Source: a virus
Length of the DNA: 64,000 nucleotides
Virus record (IMG/VR): IMGVR_UViG_3300027365_000009
Coordinates: 85,877 to 149,876 of that record
Strand: one strand, 5' to 3'
This document shows positions 18,578 through 27,802 of the stretch, in pieces. The notes under the pieces are model-generated. The model saw only the letters and a program-made list of their open reading frames with translations, made no database searches and had not been told where the DNA came from. The position numbers were made by a program, and so were the translations under genes. Numbering within the stretch: position 1 is the stretch's first letter; the number at the start of each line of letters is the position of its first letter.

Positions 18578-19330
18578 GTGAGCAATGACAACATCACACA
18601 GCTTAACTCGTTTCGCAGCAAGAAACGCAACCGCGAACGGCTTGAGGACAATCAGGCGTTCAACCAAAGACTAGTGGATGACGTGGCCGCACTGAACCGG
18701 ATCTTGAATCCTCAGCGATTAGCGCTGGATGGGTTTGTAGAGGCCATCCGGGGGTATATGCGCTTGTCCGCTCGGACATTGGCCGAAGATCCCCACAATC
18801 CGATAGCCGGCCAGTTTATTGGAGGTGTTGAACAAGGAGGTGACGACCCCAATAGCGTGGTCCTCGTTTTTTACAACGGCTTTGTTGTTGATGGTGCAGT
18901 GACCGTTGAGGACCTCCCTAACTACCAGATCAACCGTCTTGCCTGTACAGTCCTTGACACTCCCCAGTGGTTTCCTACGGTCCTTGATGACGACGCGGTA
19001 TTCGCCGCTATGGAAAACGACATTGAGACGTTCCACGAGGGGCGTCCGATTCTGCAGGAGTTTGCCCACCTGTATTTGCTGTCAATTACGGCACTTCAGC
19101 GCCTTGAGTTCAAAATGACCCACTACGTTTTCCATGACGGCGTGATGGAACTGACCCTGGTTAACCGAGCGGAGCAGGTCGCCATATCTCTCGATGTGAA
19201 ACAACTAATCCTCTCGGCCGAAAAGGTAGCCAGGAAGTACCGAGAGGGTCTTCATCACATCACCCAAGAAGAGGCTCGGGACCTGGGGGTGGAAGTTGAG
19301 AAAGACTGGCTGGAAGAGAACCCGAAGTGA
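18578..19330 (+). CDS. Hypothetical protein
   Basis: 250 aa with RBS GAGGA. Confidence 0.8.
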   Translation: MSNDNITQLNSFRSKKRNRERLEDNQAFNQRLVDDVAALNRILNPQRLALDGFVEAIRGYMRLSARTLAEDPHNPIAGQFIGGVEQGGDDPNSVVLVFYNGFVVDGAVTVEDLPNYQINRLACTVLDTPQWFPTVLDDDAVFAAMENDIETFHEGRPILQEFAHLYLLSITALQRLEFKMTHYVFHDGVMELTLVNRAEQVAISLDVKQLILSAEKVARKYREGLHHITQEEARDLGVEVEKDWLEENPK

Positions 19331-19367
19331 CGTAGCCGTAAATCGATAATTGAAAAAGGATATCCCC

Positions 19368-19571
19368 ATGTCAGACAGCTCCCACCGTATTCCGGAAGCC
19401 CTCAACATCAATAGCCTTATGTCGTGCGCTATGTACAACCCCAACCCCGGGATTGGGCGAGACGCAATGTTCTCCACCCCCGCAGAAAGACAGAGGTCGG
19501 CTGTCCAATTCGCTGAGCGGGATTTGAAGAAAATCGCCGACATTCAGAAAAAGATTGCTCGCCGTACTTGA
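19368..19571 (+). CDS. Hypothetical protein
   Basis: ATG 19368 with RBS AAGGA. Confidence 0.6.
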   Translation: MSDSSHRIPEALNINSLMSCAMYNPNPGIGRDAMFSTPAERQRSAVQFAERDLKKIADIQKKIARRT

Positions 19572-19595
19572 TTCAACCCAACCGAAAAGGAATGT

Positions 19596-21140
19596 ATGAT
19601 GACCGATAACATCCGTAACACCATGTTCGGACCGAATGCAACGTTCGGTAGAACCTATGTCGACACTCAAACCCCCAACAGTAAGGACATCACAGTGACC
19701 AAGCGTTTTGAACTTCCCAAATCCCTAGTTAACGTCGCCAAAACCCAGAAGGGCCAGGAGATCCTGAAGAAAGCGCAGCAGGGCATACCGCAAACCATGG
19801 AAGAACACGATGCTGACATCTTTCCGAAGTTTCCCGAAAACAACTACGAGGAACACCAATACCTATCGCTCCTGGAGCATATCCTTGAGAATGGTCAATA
19901 TAAGGGAGACCGTACTGGGGTGGGATGTTACTCCGTGTTCGGTGAGATGATGCGGTTCGACCTCAAGGGCGGAAAGATCCCGCTACTGACTACCAAGAAG
20001 ATGGGGATTAAATCCATCATCGCTGAACTGCTGTGGTTCCTGGAAGGATCTACCGACAATCGCCGACTCAACGAGCTCGGTGCGACTATCTGGGACGAGT
20101 GGGCACTAGAGAACGGCGACCTGGGTCCCATTTATGGGAAGTGGTGGACGGCCTGGGAAGTGGTGGACAACCACCACATCGAAACAACCCTCCATGAGGC
20201 ACTAAACGACCTTAATAGTGATAAGGAAATCGCGAGAGCCCGTCTGTCGGGACTTCTTGAGTACATTAAAAACCCACCCAAGATTAACCAGATTCAGGAG
20301 CTAGTCACCGCGCTTAAGGAGAACCCCACCTCGCGCCGGATGCTGGTGACTGCTTGGAACCCGGCAGTTCTTCCCCGTGATGTCAAGTGGGAGTATAATT
20401 GGCTTGACCCCATGGCGGCGACGGAAGCGGTACATACTCGCTGGGAACCCATGTCGTTTGACCAGCGGGCGGACTGGCTCTGGGAAACCAAAGGAATCGG
20501 TAACGGTGTTTTTGAAGAGGACTACCTCGAAGAGTACAATGCTCCCACTCACCGACGGCGTGTGAAAGTATCGCCTCAGGATAACGTCAAGGAAGGACGC
20601 GCAGCACTTCCGGCATGTCACACCATGTTCCAGGTTCATACTCGGGAGCTATCGGTGGATGAACGCCTTAACATAGCAGAACGCACAGTCAGTGACGGGG
20701 TGGCGTTAGACGAAATGTTCGAGTTGGCAATTTGTGGTTTGGTCGACGATGACAAAGAGGTCATCCAACGGGAACTTGTTGAAAAACTGGACGCAGTGTC
20801 GGTTCCCAAGAGGGCCCTGACGCTACAGTTCTACGCTCGTTCCCAAGACACGCCGCTTGGAACACCGTATAACATCGCTTCCTACGCAATCCTTGCCCAC
20901 ATGCTGGCGCAATCGGTTGGGATGGTTGCCGAAGAGTGCATCTGGATGGGAGGCGATTGCCATATCTACAGCAACCAACTCGAAGGCGTCAAAGTCCAAT
21001 TGGAGCGTGAACCCAGAAGTTGGCCAACGATTAAACTTAACCCTGACGTAAAGGATATTTTCTCCTTTACAACTGAAGACATTGAACTGATCGGGTACGA
21101 ACCTCACCCCAAGATTGATTTTGGGCCGGTTGCGATATAA
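19596..21140 (+). CDS. thyA: Thymidylate synthase with large insertions (alternative GTG start at 19695)
   Basis: Motifs DRTG.G, PLLTTKK, ELLWFL.G, IWDEW, GDLGPIYG, SRR....AWNP, ALPACH, RSQD..LG.PYNIASY and GDCHIY.N. Confidence 0.95.
   Translation: MMTDNIRNTMFGPNATFGRTYVDTQTPNSKDITVTKRFELPKSLVNVAKTQKGQEILKKAQQGIPQTMEEHDADIFPKFPENNYEEHQYLSLLEHILENGQYKGDRTGVGCYSVFGEMMRFDLKGGKIPLLTTKKMGIKSIIAELLWFLEGSTDNRRLNELGATIWDEWALENGDLGPIYGKWWTAWEVVDNHHIETTLHEALNDLNSDKEIARARLSGLLEYIKNPPKINQIQELVTALKENPTSRRMLVTAWNPAVLPRDVKWEYNWLDPMAATEAVHTRWEPMSFDQRADWLWETKGIGNGVFEEDYLEEYNAPTHRRRVKVSPQDNVKEGRAALPACHTMFQVHTRELSVDERLNIAERTVSDGVALDEMFELAICGLVDDDKEVIQRELVEKLDAVSVPKRALTLQFYARSQDTPLGTPYNIASYAILAHMLAQSVGMVAEECIWMGGDCHIYSNQLEGVKVQLEREPRSWPTIKLNPDVKDIFSFTTEDIELIGYEPHPKIDFGPVAI
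19599..19653 (+). repeat. 55-bp exact direct repeat, copy 2 (thyA 5' end)
   Basis: Identical to 17475-17529. Confidence 0.95.
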
Positions 21141-21146
21141 GAAGAC

Positions 21147-21172
21147 GAGGGGAGGGCTATAGCCCTCCCCTC
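21147..21172. terminator. GC-rich hairpin after thyA
   Basis: GAGGGGAGGGC-tata-GCCCTCCCCTC. Confidence 0.65.
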
Positions 21173-21259
21173 TACCGTGACGCTGTACTCATTATAACCA
21201 ACCTTTCTAAAGATGCTAACCGCGTTCCAAGTCAATCATCACCCCAAGAGGAAATTAAG

Positions 21260-21955
21260 ATGGCAGAGCAAATTGTAAGTAACCTGTCCCACCATGACGC
21301 AATCGAATGGGCGATCAATGGCATCGGGGTAAACACCAGTCCCCAAGTCGTATTCGAAGAAGGCAAACAATGCCAAATTGGCCTGACCATGGTAAATGGA
21401 GGTGAGGTCGATTTAGGGCCCAGTGACTATACCCACACGTTTACCTTGGTGAAAACCCTAGATGAGCTACGTTTTCATGCTAGAACGAATTGTCCCGAGA
21501 ATAAGCGGGTCGTTTACATTCGTGTCTACCCGTCCGAAGAGCCGCTCGATACCGTGAAGGAAGTCCACGACAGTTCCTTTCATTTCTTCTGGGAGGAATA
21601 CGCCTTCTTTAGCGGTGGACCTCACCCTAGCCCGTATGACCAAGGCTATGCAGTGACGGAAGAGAAAAACGATTTTCTCAATCTTGTTTACACCGAAGGT
21701 CGCCATGCGATTAAAGAGCTATGGGATAAACGCGATAAATACGGTACATCCGAAGAAAACGTAAAAGAATTGTTGGCCGATTCGGTGCGGCTTGGTCAAC
21801 GCTCCGTGTTTAACGTACTAGATGGGGATCCTGAAATCCACGACTCCGGGTATCATGTCATCGCGCGAAAATACAACACTCCCGATGAGTGCATTAAGAA
21901 AAGTGTCTCGGGGGACCTTAAAGCCACTATTAGGTTGTTGTTCGACAACATCTGA
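21260..21955 (+). CDS. Hypothetical protein
   Basis: 231 aa with RBS GAGGA. Its C-terminal domain resembles 26227-26628. Confidence 0.8.
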   Translation: MAEQIVSNLSHHDAIEWAINGIGVNTSPQVVFEEGKQCQIGLTMVNGGEVDLGPSDYTHTFTLVKTLDELRFHARTNCPENKRVVYIRVYPSEEPLDTVKEVHDSSFHFFWEEYAFFSGGPHPSPYDQGYAVTEEKNDFLNLVYTEGRHAIKELWDKRDKYGTSEENVKELLADSVRLGQRSVFNVLDGDPEIHDSGYHVIARKYNTPDECIKKSVSGDLKATIRLLFDNI

Positions 21956-22051
21956 TATCGTTCCGTCACAACCTATTGGTACCACCTAAAAACATTGGCA
22001 TGGGGTTTCCTATGCCAATCATAGCCCAGTTCATTCATAGAGGGTATTGTC

Positions 22052-22867
22052 ATGGCCACCCGTCGCCTTGAACGCATCAAAACTCGAATCGATGAAGAAC
22101 GTCGAGAACTCAAACATAGTTCGTCGTCGTACGATGTCGAACGCATCGCCGACCTACACAAAGTTTTCAATAGCCTCAACAAACTTAGGGATGAAGTTAT
22201 TCGGAATTTGGTGCATGTTGGCGGTAATTCGCTTGATGATGTGACCAAACTTTTTGATATATCTTCCGCTGAAGTGTACCAAATCGCCCATGGGAAACAC
22301 GCCAGCACTAGATTGGTTAATGCCCTGGCCGCACGCTTTGTTAATCTTGACGAAACCCAATACATTGCTACTCAGAAATTCAACAATGCAAAACCAACAA
22401 CGACAGAAACGTGCTACCCAGTGACCCTCACATTTAGCGAAGACGAGTCATACACCATTGTCACTGACGGTGAGGGGTATGTACGAACCCTGGATGATTC
22501 AGTGGTGGTAAAATACACCACATTTGAAGATGCCGACTATCAGCCGAACAATCGGCCAGTCATCATGTTGTCGCCGGTACCGAATATGGCATTTGATGAC
22601 ATGGAAAGCGAATTTGACGGTACGCGCTATTGTGAATATAACGCCTATGTCAACGATGTTCACCTCAGCGAAGAAGCAATCCGACACACTATCGGGCTAC
22701 TCATCGCGGTAGATCGGTTCTACCGGGATTCGAATCGCCCAGGGCGCTTTGTGACCTGGGTCTTCGATGACGTCAAAAACGACCTCTTTGAAAACCAACC
22801 CATCCCCGTCCCCGAGTTCGATCGCGAGTATCAACTCGATATCGGGGTTAACTACACCTATAAGTAG
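22052..22867 (+). CDS. Hypothetical protein with a possible N-terminal HTH
   Basis: SLDDVTKLFDISSAEVYQIAHG is an XRE-like segment. Confidence 0.7.
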   Translation: MATRRLERIKTRIDEERRELKHSSSSYDVERIADLHKVFNSLNKLRDEVIRNLVHVGGNSLDDVTKLFDISSAEVYQIAHGKHASTRLVNALAARFVNLDETQYIATQKFNNAKPTTTETCYPVTLTFSEDESYTIVTDGEGYVRTLDDSVVVKYTTFEDADYQPNNRPVIMLSPVPNMAFDDMESEFDGTRYCEYNAYVNDVHLSEEAIRHTIGLLIAVDRFYRDSNRPGRFVTWVFDDVKNDLFENQPIPVPEFDREYQLDIGVNYTYK

Positions 22868-22888
22868 GTCCTAGGGGAAACCACAACA

Positions 22889-23191
22889 ATGAAAACATTA
22901 CACATCGTCAAGTATAGCCCGCCCAGTACACCGGCCTGTTATACCGTGCCCATTCCCGACCGTCATGAGAAATGGGGATATAAGACCGAACTGTCGCTGA
23001 ATGCGTTCATGAAAGCGCAGTCCTATCTGAAACAACAGGGATGTACCTACGCAGTGATCATGGAGGACTGTCATGGTAAGGAAACCAACATACCTAAATT
23101 CCCCTGTGAGGATCTGTGGGATTTCTACCAAAAGACCCATTGGGATGCGTCTCACCGTGCGTTCACCGGTCTGGGTGATCGGTGGAATTGA
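22889..23191 (+). CDS. Hypothetical protein
   Basis: Co-oriented ORF with RBS AGGGG. Confidence 0.7.
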   Translation: MKTLHIVKYSPPSTPACYTVPIPDRHEKWGYKTELSLNAFMKAQSYLKQQGCTYAVIMEDCHGKETNIPKFPCEDLWDFYQKTHWDASHRAFTGLGDRWN

Positions 23192-23231
23192 GTTAATTCG
23201 ATCACCAATGTCAGTGCAAAGAGAAACTACC

Positions 23232-23600
23232 ATGTCAACCACCACTGAAATTGTTAACCACCCTTCAGAATTTGAGCATGACTTTCTGAAGAATATGGTG
23301 GGGGTTCCGGCGATAGACCCAGAACGATATTCGCCGTTCTATACGTACCTGGCAGTGTTTGATAAAACACGGAATTACCCGGGCGAAAAGTACAACGAAT
23401 TGTTAAAAGACAGCTTTTCACCTGAGGCGATCGTTGACGTTATCCTTAACCAAACGTCCCATAGGCAGTATGAGTTTAGTATTGGTGGATACGACGGTCT
23501 TGTCGACACGTGGTTTTTTCAGGATGGCGCTGCCGACCAAGAAAAACCGCAGATCGAGGTCGTTACCGTAATCGACGTCACTACCCGCCAGGAGACATGA
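23232..23600 (+). CDS. Hypothetical protein
   Basis: The likely start is ATG 23232. Confidence 0.7.
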   Translation: MSTTTEIVNHPSEFEHDFLKNMVGVPAIDPERYSPFYTYLAVFDKTRNYPGEKYNELLKDSFSPEAIVDVILNQTSHRQYEFSIGGYDGLVDTWFFQDGAADQEKPQIEVVTVIDVTTRQET

Positions 23601-23603
23601 AAC

Positions 23604-23927
23604 ATGCAAAAGCCCATTAAGGGAATCGATCGACTTCTCGCCCAACTCCAACAGCTTGTCCATCACGACGAATACCCGGAGAATCCCGGGTTTGATCTAA
23701 GTGCAGCACTCCCATTCCTCAATCTTTCCGACGGAGCACGGAGACTTGTGGAAGACATCATTCGCCTTGCTGCCGAGGAGTGTTTCGGCGAGTCCAATAA
23801 TGTCATTTGGTCACAGCTCGACTACTTGCGACAGTACGGCTTTCCCTGCGACCTAGGCTACGATCACGAGGGTCTGGGTCGTTTGAGTTTAGTGATCTAC
23901 ACCACCAAAGGTGCCATTGAAGTTTAG
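23604..23927 (+). CDS. Hypothetical protein
   Basis: RBS AGGAG. Confidence 0.7.
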   Translation: MQKPIKGIDRLLAQLQQLVHHDEYPENPGFDLSAALPFLNLSDGARRLVEDIIRLAAEECFGESNNVIWSQLDYLRQYGFPCDLGYDHEGLGRLSLVIYTTKGAIEV

Positions 23928-23977
23928 TGTTTTACTCAGTTCACCAATAGCATGACCCACCCATCGAAGGAGCTTCC

Positions 23978-24358
23978 ATGTCCGCAAGTGCTGTTTATTC
24001 AGATAACGTCCTGATTGATCTCATCGCTGAGAAGCTGTCCCAGTACCAGGAGATTCTGATCTCCCGCGTAGCAAGCGGACGTACACAAGACCAATCCATT
24101 GAACCCACCATGATCCTGTCAATCGATGAACTCAAGACCTTGACGGGTCGTCGTCGTGGTCGTCAAGCATTCATCGAAGCATTCATCGAAGGACTTGAAG
24201 AAAAGGGCCTTTCTGTGGAACGTCTCAAACACAACCGTTTTGCGGTAACAAAACCCGCAGATAACCTCCCCACTGAGTTTGATTCATTTGAAGAATTCAG
24301 TGAGCTGTATGATGAGGTCATCAGCGAGTTAGAACTCGAACAGGAAGAAGCCGCTTAA
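23978..24358 (+). CDS. Hypothetical acidic protein
   Basis: RBS AAGGAG. Followed by a hairpin at 24368-24387. Confidence 0.75.
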   Translation: MSASAVYSDNVLIDLIAEKLSQYQEILISRVASGRTQDQSIEPTMILSIDELKTLTGRRRGRQAFIEAFIEGLEEKGLSVERLKHNRFAVTKPADNLPTEFDSFEEFSELYDEVISELELEQEEAA

Positions 24359-24421
24359 CTTATAAACGCCCTCCCGCCGGGGAGGGCTATCTATATTCAC
24401 TTTCACTTTTTTGGAGTTGTT

Positions 24422-25357
24422 ATGAGTTCGGTTGAGGCCCGTTTAAAAAACTTAGAAGATGCTTTTCGTTATCTCTCTTCTCAGCTCGATGCGGCCTTCC
24501 CCACCATGGGACTTGGCGGGGAGAGCGATGTAATGGACGCCACCCTACGGGAGATTCGTGATTTAACTGCAGAGCAACAGCTTCGCGGGGAAACGGAATC
24601 CGCTGAACTCTTCCGTCGTATTGTCCCGAAACTGGATGCTTCGGTAGGAAAACGTAACGAGACATTCTATCCGCGCGACCTTCTGCGTCCCACAATAGAA
24701 CGGTACAGTGGGATTCATGCTGTTGAACGGTGGATGAAGGATTTCTATCTGGGTCGGGGTTTTGATCTTCCTATCATTGCCAGCTTTGCGAAGCAACTCC
24801 GAGAGACTTTCATTCGTAAAGCCCGGGAGAATCCTGTTGAGGAACCACCAACCACAGCCAAGGAAGGTGTGGTATTTCGTCACCGTATGGGACTCTGGTT
24901 TCGTATGACAATCGAACACCGGACAGGAGAACGTCATCAGGTTGATGTCGGGTGGGAGGATGCCAATAAGTTCGGCTTTGATCTCCAGTGGCCCACCATT
25001 CTGATCACCACAGAAGTGGAATGGGAACCTCGTCCGATTGGACCCCACCGCCGCATTGAGTTACTGCGTTACGATGACCTCACTCGGGTTTTCCGCCAGC
25101 TGGCGAAGACCGTAGGAATTGAACTCCCCTTCCAACACACCAGCCATTTTAAGCCTGGTCCAATCGACAACCCCGTCGCGGTGGTAGGCTTTGGGAAAAA
25201 GGCCCTCAACTGGTCTGTCCATGGGGAAGTCCTGATCAATAACAGTACCATCGGGACCCCGCATTGGGTACGTATCCCATATGCAGGACTCCATGAACTC
25301 CACATGCTCCATCCTGACCACCCCATTTCTCAGAAGGTAACCGATGATGATGGATAA
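24422..25357 (+). CDS. Hypothetical protein
   Basis: 311 aa with RBS GGAG. Confidence 0.8.
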   Translation: MSSVEARLKNLEDAFRYLSSQLDAAFPTMGLGGESDVMDATLREIRDLTAEQQLRGETESAELFRRIVPKLDASVGKRNETFYPRDLLRPTIERYSGIHAVERWMKDFYLGRGFDLPIIASFAKQLRETFIRKARENPVEEPPTTAKEGVVFRHRMGLWFRMTIEHRTGERHQVDVGWEDANKFGFDLQWPTILITTEVEWEPRPIGPHRRIELLRYDDLTRVFRQLAKTVGIELPFQHTSHFKPGPIDNPVAVVGFGKKALNWSVHGEVLINNSTIGTPHWVRIPYAGLHELHMLHPDHPISQKVTDDDG

Positions 25358-25895
25358 GTATTACACCGGCGTAGGGAGCCGCAATACCCCAAAGGAAATT
25401 CAAGCTTGGGAGAGCCGTCTAGCGACCGAACTTGAACAACGTGGATATAAGGTACGCACAGGCGGCGCACAAGGCTCTGACAAGGCATTCGAATGGGGAG
25501 TAGGGAATGTGTTCCGCAAAGAGGTTTACGTCCCTTGGGAGGGCTTTAACGGCTATTCTGAAGGACCTGGAGTCATTGTCGCCCCAACCTTGAACAATTA
25601 CCATCAAGCGGTTGAGATTGCCGCCTCCATACACCCCGCTTGGAACCGCCTTACCAGGGGCGCACGCGCGCTACATATCCGCAACGTCTACCAGGTATTG
25701 GGACAGGACCTTAATACCCCCAGTCAGTTTCTTCTGTGCTGGGCCGAGTATCAGGGTAAAACGAGAACGGCGGTAAAAGGCGGGACAAACACTGCCGTGC
25801 AGCTGGCACGCCAACATCATGTTCCAGTGATTAACCTTTTCGGCGCCCCTAGCTACGACGCCATTTACGAAAAAGTCCAACCGTACCTCATTTGA
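25344..25895 (+). CDS. SLOG-superfamily (DprA/Smf-like) stand-alone protein
   Basis: Motifs YTGVGSR.TP, RTGGA.GSD.AFE.G and GGT.TAV.LA...VPV.NL. Confidence 0.8.
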   Translation: MMMDKYYTGVGSRNTPKEIQAWESRLATELEQRGYKVRTGGAQGSDKAFEWGVGNVFRKEVYVPWEGFNGYSEGPGVIVAPTLNNYHQAVEIAASIHPAWNRLTRGARALHIRNVYQVLGQDLNTPSQFLLCWAEYQGKTRTAVKGGTNTAVQLARQHHVPVINLFGAPSYDAIYEKVQPYLI

Positions 25896-25932
25896 TCTAA
25901 CCGAGAGAGTCCCCACGATAGGAGGGTCTCGT

Positions 25933-26628
25933 ATGGCGCTTCAAATTGGTAAGTTAATAAGGAAGACGTTTGAAAGCCCGGATGGCTTATTTCATCTCTA
26001 CACCTTATACTGTCCAGGGGGTCATTTCGAGACGGCCGTTTACCGTGGAGACGATGCACCACCTCCCAGAAAAACGGTGGAGTATCAACTCAGTGGGGAA
26101 TGGATCACCCATCCTCGATACGGCAAAGAGTTCGAGATTTCCCGATGGCAGAAAACAGGCCGACCCGACCATCGTGGAGAAAGTAAAGTCATGTTGCGGG
26201 TCATGAAAAAACTCAAGGAGTCCGATGTGAAAGACGAAGCATACTACCAGCAAGACCAAGACGTCATCTGGAAACATGAGCGCGATGTATTCATGGAGCA
26301 GGTGATCGATGCTGTCGATAAACGGATCGTACAGGCTGAAGAGGATCTCAACGAGTACCCCGCTGATAAACTCCATGAGTTGATGACTAACCATATCCGC
26401 GGTACAGCAGGTGACGTCCTCGGTGTGTTGGATAACGGCGGATCAGGTCATGGGTATTTTGTTATCGAGAAAACCGACGACCTGGGGATGTTGCCGGCTT
26501 CTCAGGAAGTCTATCATCAGTCCCGAGATAAAGACCAGATGAAGGTGGGTCTGGATATTGCCGAAAAAGGATCTCTTGCAAAAGAACTCCTGGATCGAGT
26601 ATCTAATCAGGACGACATCGAAGAGTGA
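25933..26628 (+). CDS. RecD2 N-terminal OB-like domain fused to an uncharacterised domain
   Basis: LSGEWITHPRYGKEFEI is typical of RecD2 N-termini. There is an internal AAGGAG plus in-frame GTG at 26227. Confidence 0.6.
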   Translation: MALQIGKLIRKTFESPDGLFHLYTLYCPGGHFETAVYRGDDAPPPRKTVEYQLSGEWITHPRYGKEFEISRWQKTGRPDHRGESKVMLRVMKKLKESDVKDEAYYQQDQDVIWKHERDVFMEQVIDAVDKRIVQAEEDLNEYPADKLHELMTNHIRGTAGDVLGVLDNGGSGHGYFVIEKTDDLGMLPASQEVYHQSRDKDQMKVGLDIAEKGSLAKELLDRVSNQDDIEE

Positions 26629-26634
26629 CATAAC

Positions 26635-26664
26635 AAGCCTCCTTATCGGGAGGCTTTTTTTTTT
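26635..26664 (+). terminator. Intrinsic terminator
   Basis: AAGCCTCC-ttatcg-GGAGGCTT followed by a T run. Confidence 0.85.
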
Positions 26665-26677
26665 ACATTCCAACCAT

Positions 26678-26702
26678 TTTTAGGTCTATATCACAGACAT
26701 GA
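26678..26702 (+). promoter_or_regulatory. Putative phage early promoter
   Basis: TTTTAGGTCTATATCACAGACATG. Confidence 0.7.
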
Positions 26703-26740
26703 AGAAGCCCACATAACTAAGAACCCCAATGGAGTTTCCC

Positions 26741-26869
26741 ATGACCATCGAACAGAAAGTCGCCATGCGCCAAGCCCTTCGCCGCCTGGATCGTCAAGAC
26801 CTACATAAGAAACGCGAAGAACAGCGCCGTAAGGCCGCTTTGGCCCGTATTCTGCGCCAACACCAATAA
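26741..26869 (+). CDS. Small basic helical protein (42 aa)
   Basis: Not in the track. RBS GGAG. Sequence MTIEQKVAMRQALRRLDRQDLHKKREEQRRKAALARILRQHQ. Confidence 0.6.
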   Translation: MTIEQKVAMRQALRRLDRQDLHKKREEQRRKAALARILRQHQ

Positions 26870-26914
26870 ATGCTACATACACCATAAAACGAAAGAACCA
26901 TAAGGAGTACGATC

Positions 26915-27454
26915 ATGAACTTCAACTTCGCCAATGCCTCTCTTGCCGGTGAGATGGGTATCCCTGTTAACGAAGAGTATGACATCAACCAGGTTATGAG
27001 TGTCTTTAATAACATCAGTGACGCGGCACGCTCCCGCATTCACGAACTGATTGATGACACACCTGTTGTAGTAATTGACCACATGGAAGTACCAATGGCG
27101 GCCGTTGTTGTGTTGAACAATGAGCCCCACTTTGCCCTGAATGCCGACACCTTCAACAACCTCTTTGAAGGCGAGGAAAACGCCGTCATTGAGATCATTG
27201 CGCATGAAGCCTGCCATCTACAGCAGGTGCGGGATGGACGCCTTATCATCGACAACACTACCCGCACCCTCACCTGGGAAGGGAAAGCGTACGACGCGGA
27301 TGAGATTGACCCCTACGACGAATCCTATCTGGATCTCCCATGGGAGTTTGAAGCCCATGAGGCGGGACTCAAAGAACTGGTTAAACTCGGCCGGTTTGAT
27401 TCCTTAGACGAAGGGTGGGCTACCCTTCGTGAAGCATACCAGAACCTGATCTAA
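26915..27454 (+). CDS. Zincin-like metallopeptidase
   Basis: IIAHEACHLQQ (HExxH) with downstream YLDLPWEFEAH. RBS AAGGAG. Confidence 0.8.
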   Translation: MNFNFANASLAGEMGIPVNEEYDINQVMSVFNNISDAARSRIHELIDDTPVVVIDHMEVPMAAVVVLNNEPHFALNADTFNNLFEGEENAVIEIIAHEACHLQQVRDGRLIIDNTTRTLTWEGKAYDADEIDPYDESYLDLPWEFEAHEAGLKELVKLGRFDSLDEGWATLREAYQNLI

Positions 27455-27481
27455 CCCAACGAAAGAAAAAAGGAAACCAAA

Positions 27482-27745
27482 ATGACCACTATCGCTATCC
27501 TCGATATCGCTCTCTTCATCGCCTTCACCGGCATGGCCGTACTGAAAGCGGCCAGTTGCTGGGATCATAAAGACATCCCCGATCGTCGGGATATCGCTGC
27601 TTGGACCGTTGCCCTGTGTGTTATCGCCTACGGACTGAGCGCCATCCTAGGACTCGTCTTTGCTGCGCTTGGCATGTTTGTATGGGCCCTCTCTGTTGTA
27701 GTAAAAGGTTTGACGTTACGTTTCAATCGTCATCTCGCGGAATAA
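27482..27745 (+). CDS. Membrane protein
   Basis: Two to three hydrophobic helices. Confidence 0.75.
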   Translation: MTTIAILDIALFIAFTGMAVLKAASCWDHKDIPDRRDIAAWTVALCVIAYGLSAILGLVFAALGMFVWALSVVVKGLTLRFNRHLAE

Positions 27746-27802
27746 CATCAAGGGCCCACAACGGGCCCTTATTTTTTACTTGTAAACCCGAAGGTACTGA
27801 CC

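Noticed and set aside
19596-21140. Base-modifying hydroxymethylase, or an intein in thyA
   Set aside because: The dUMP-specifying Asn (PYNIASY) is present, DHFR and tmk accompany the gene, and the inserts lack intein termini (C...HN).
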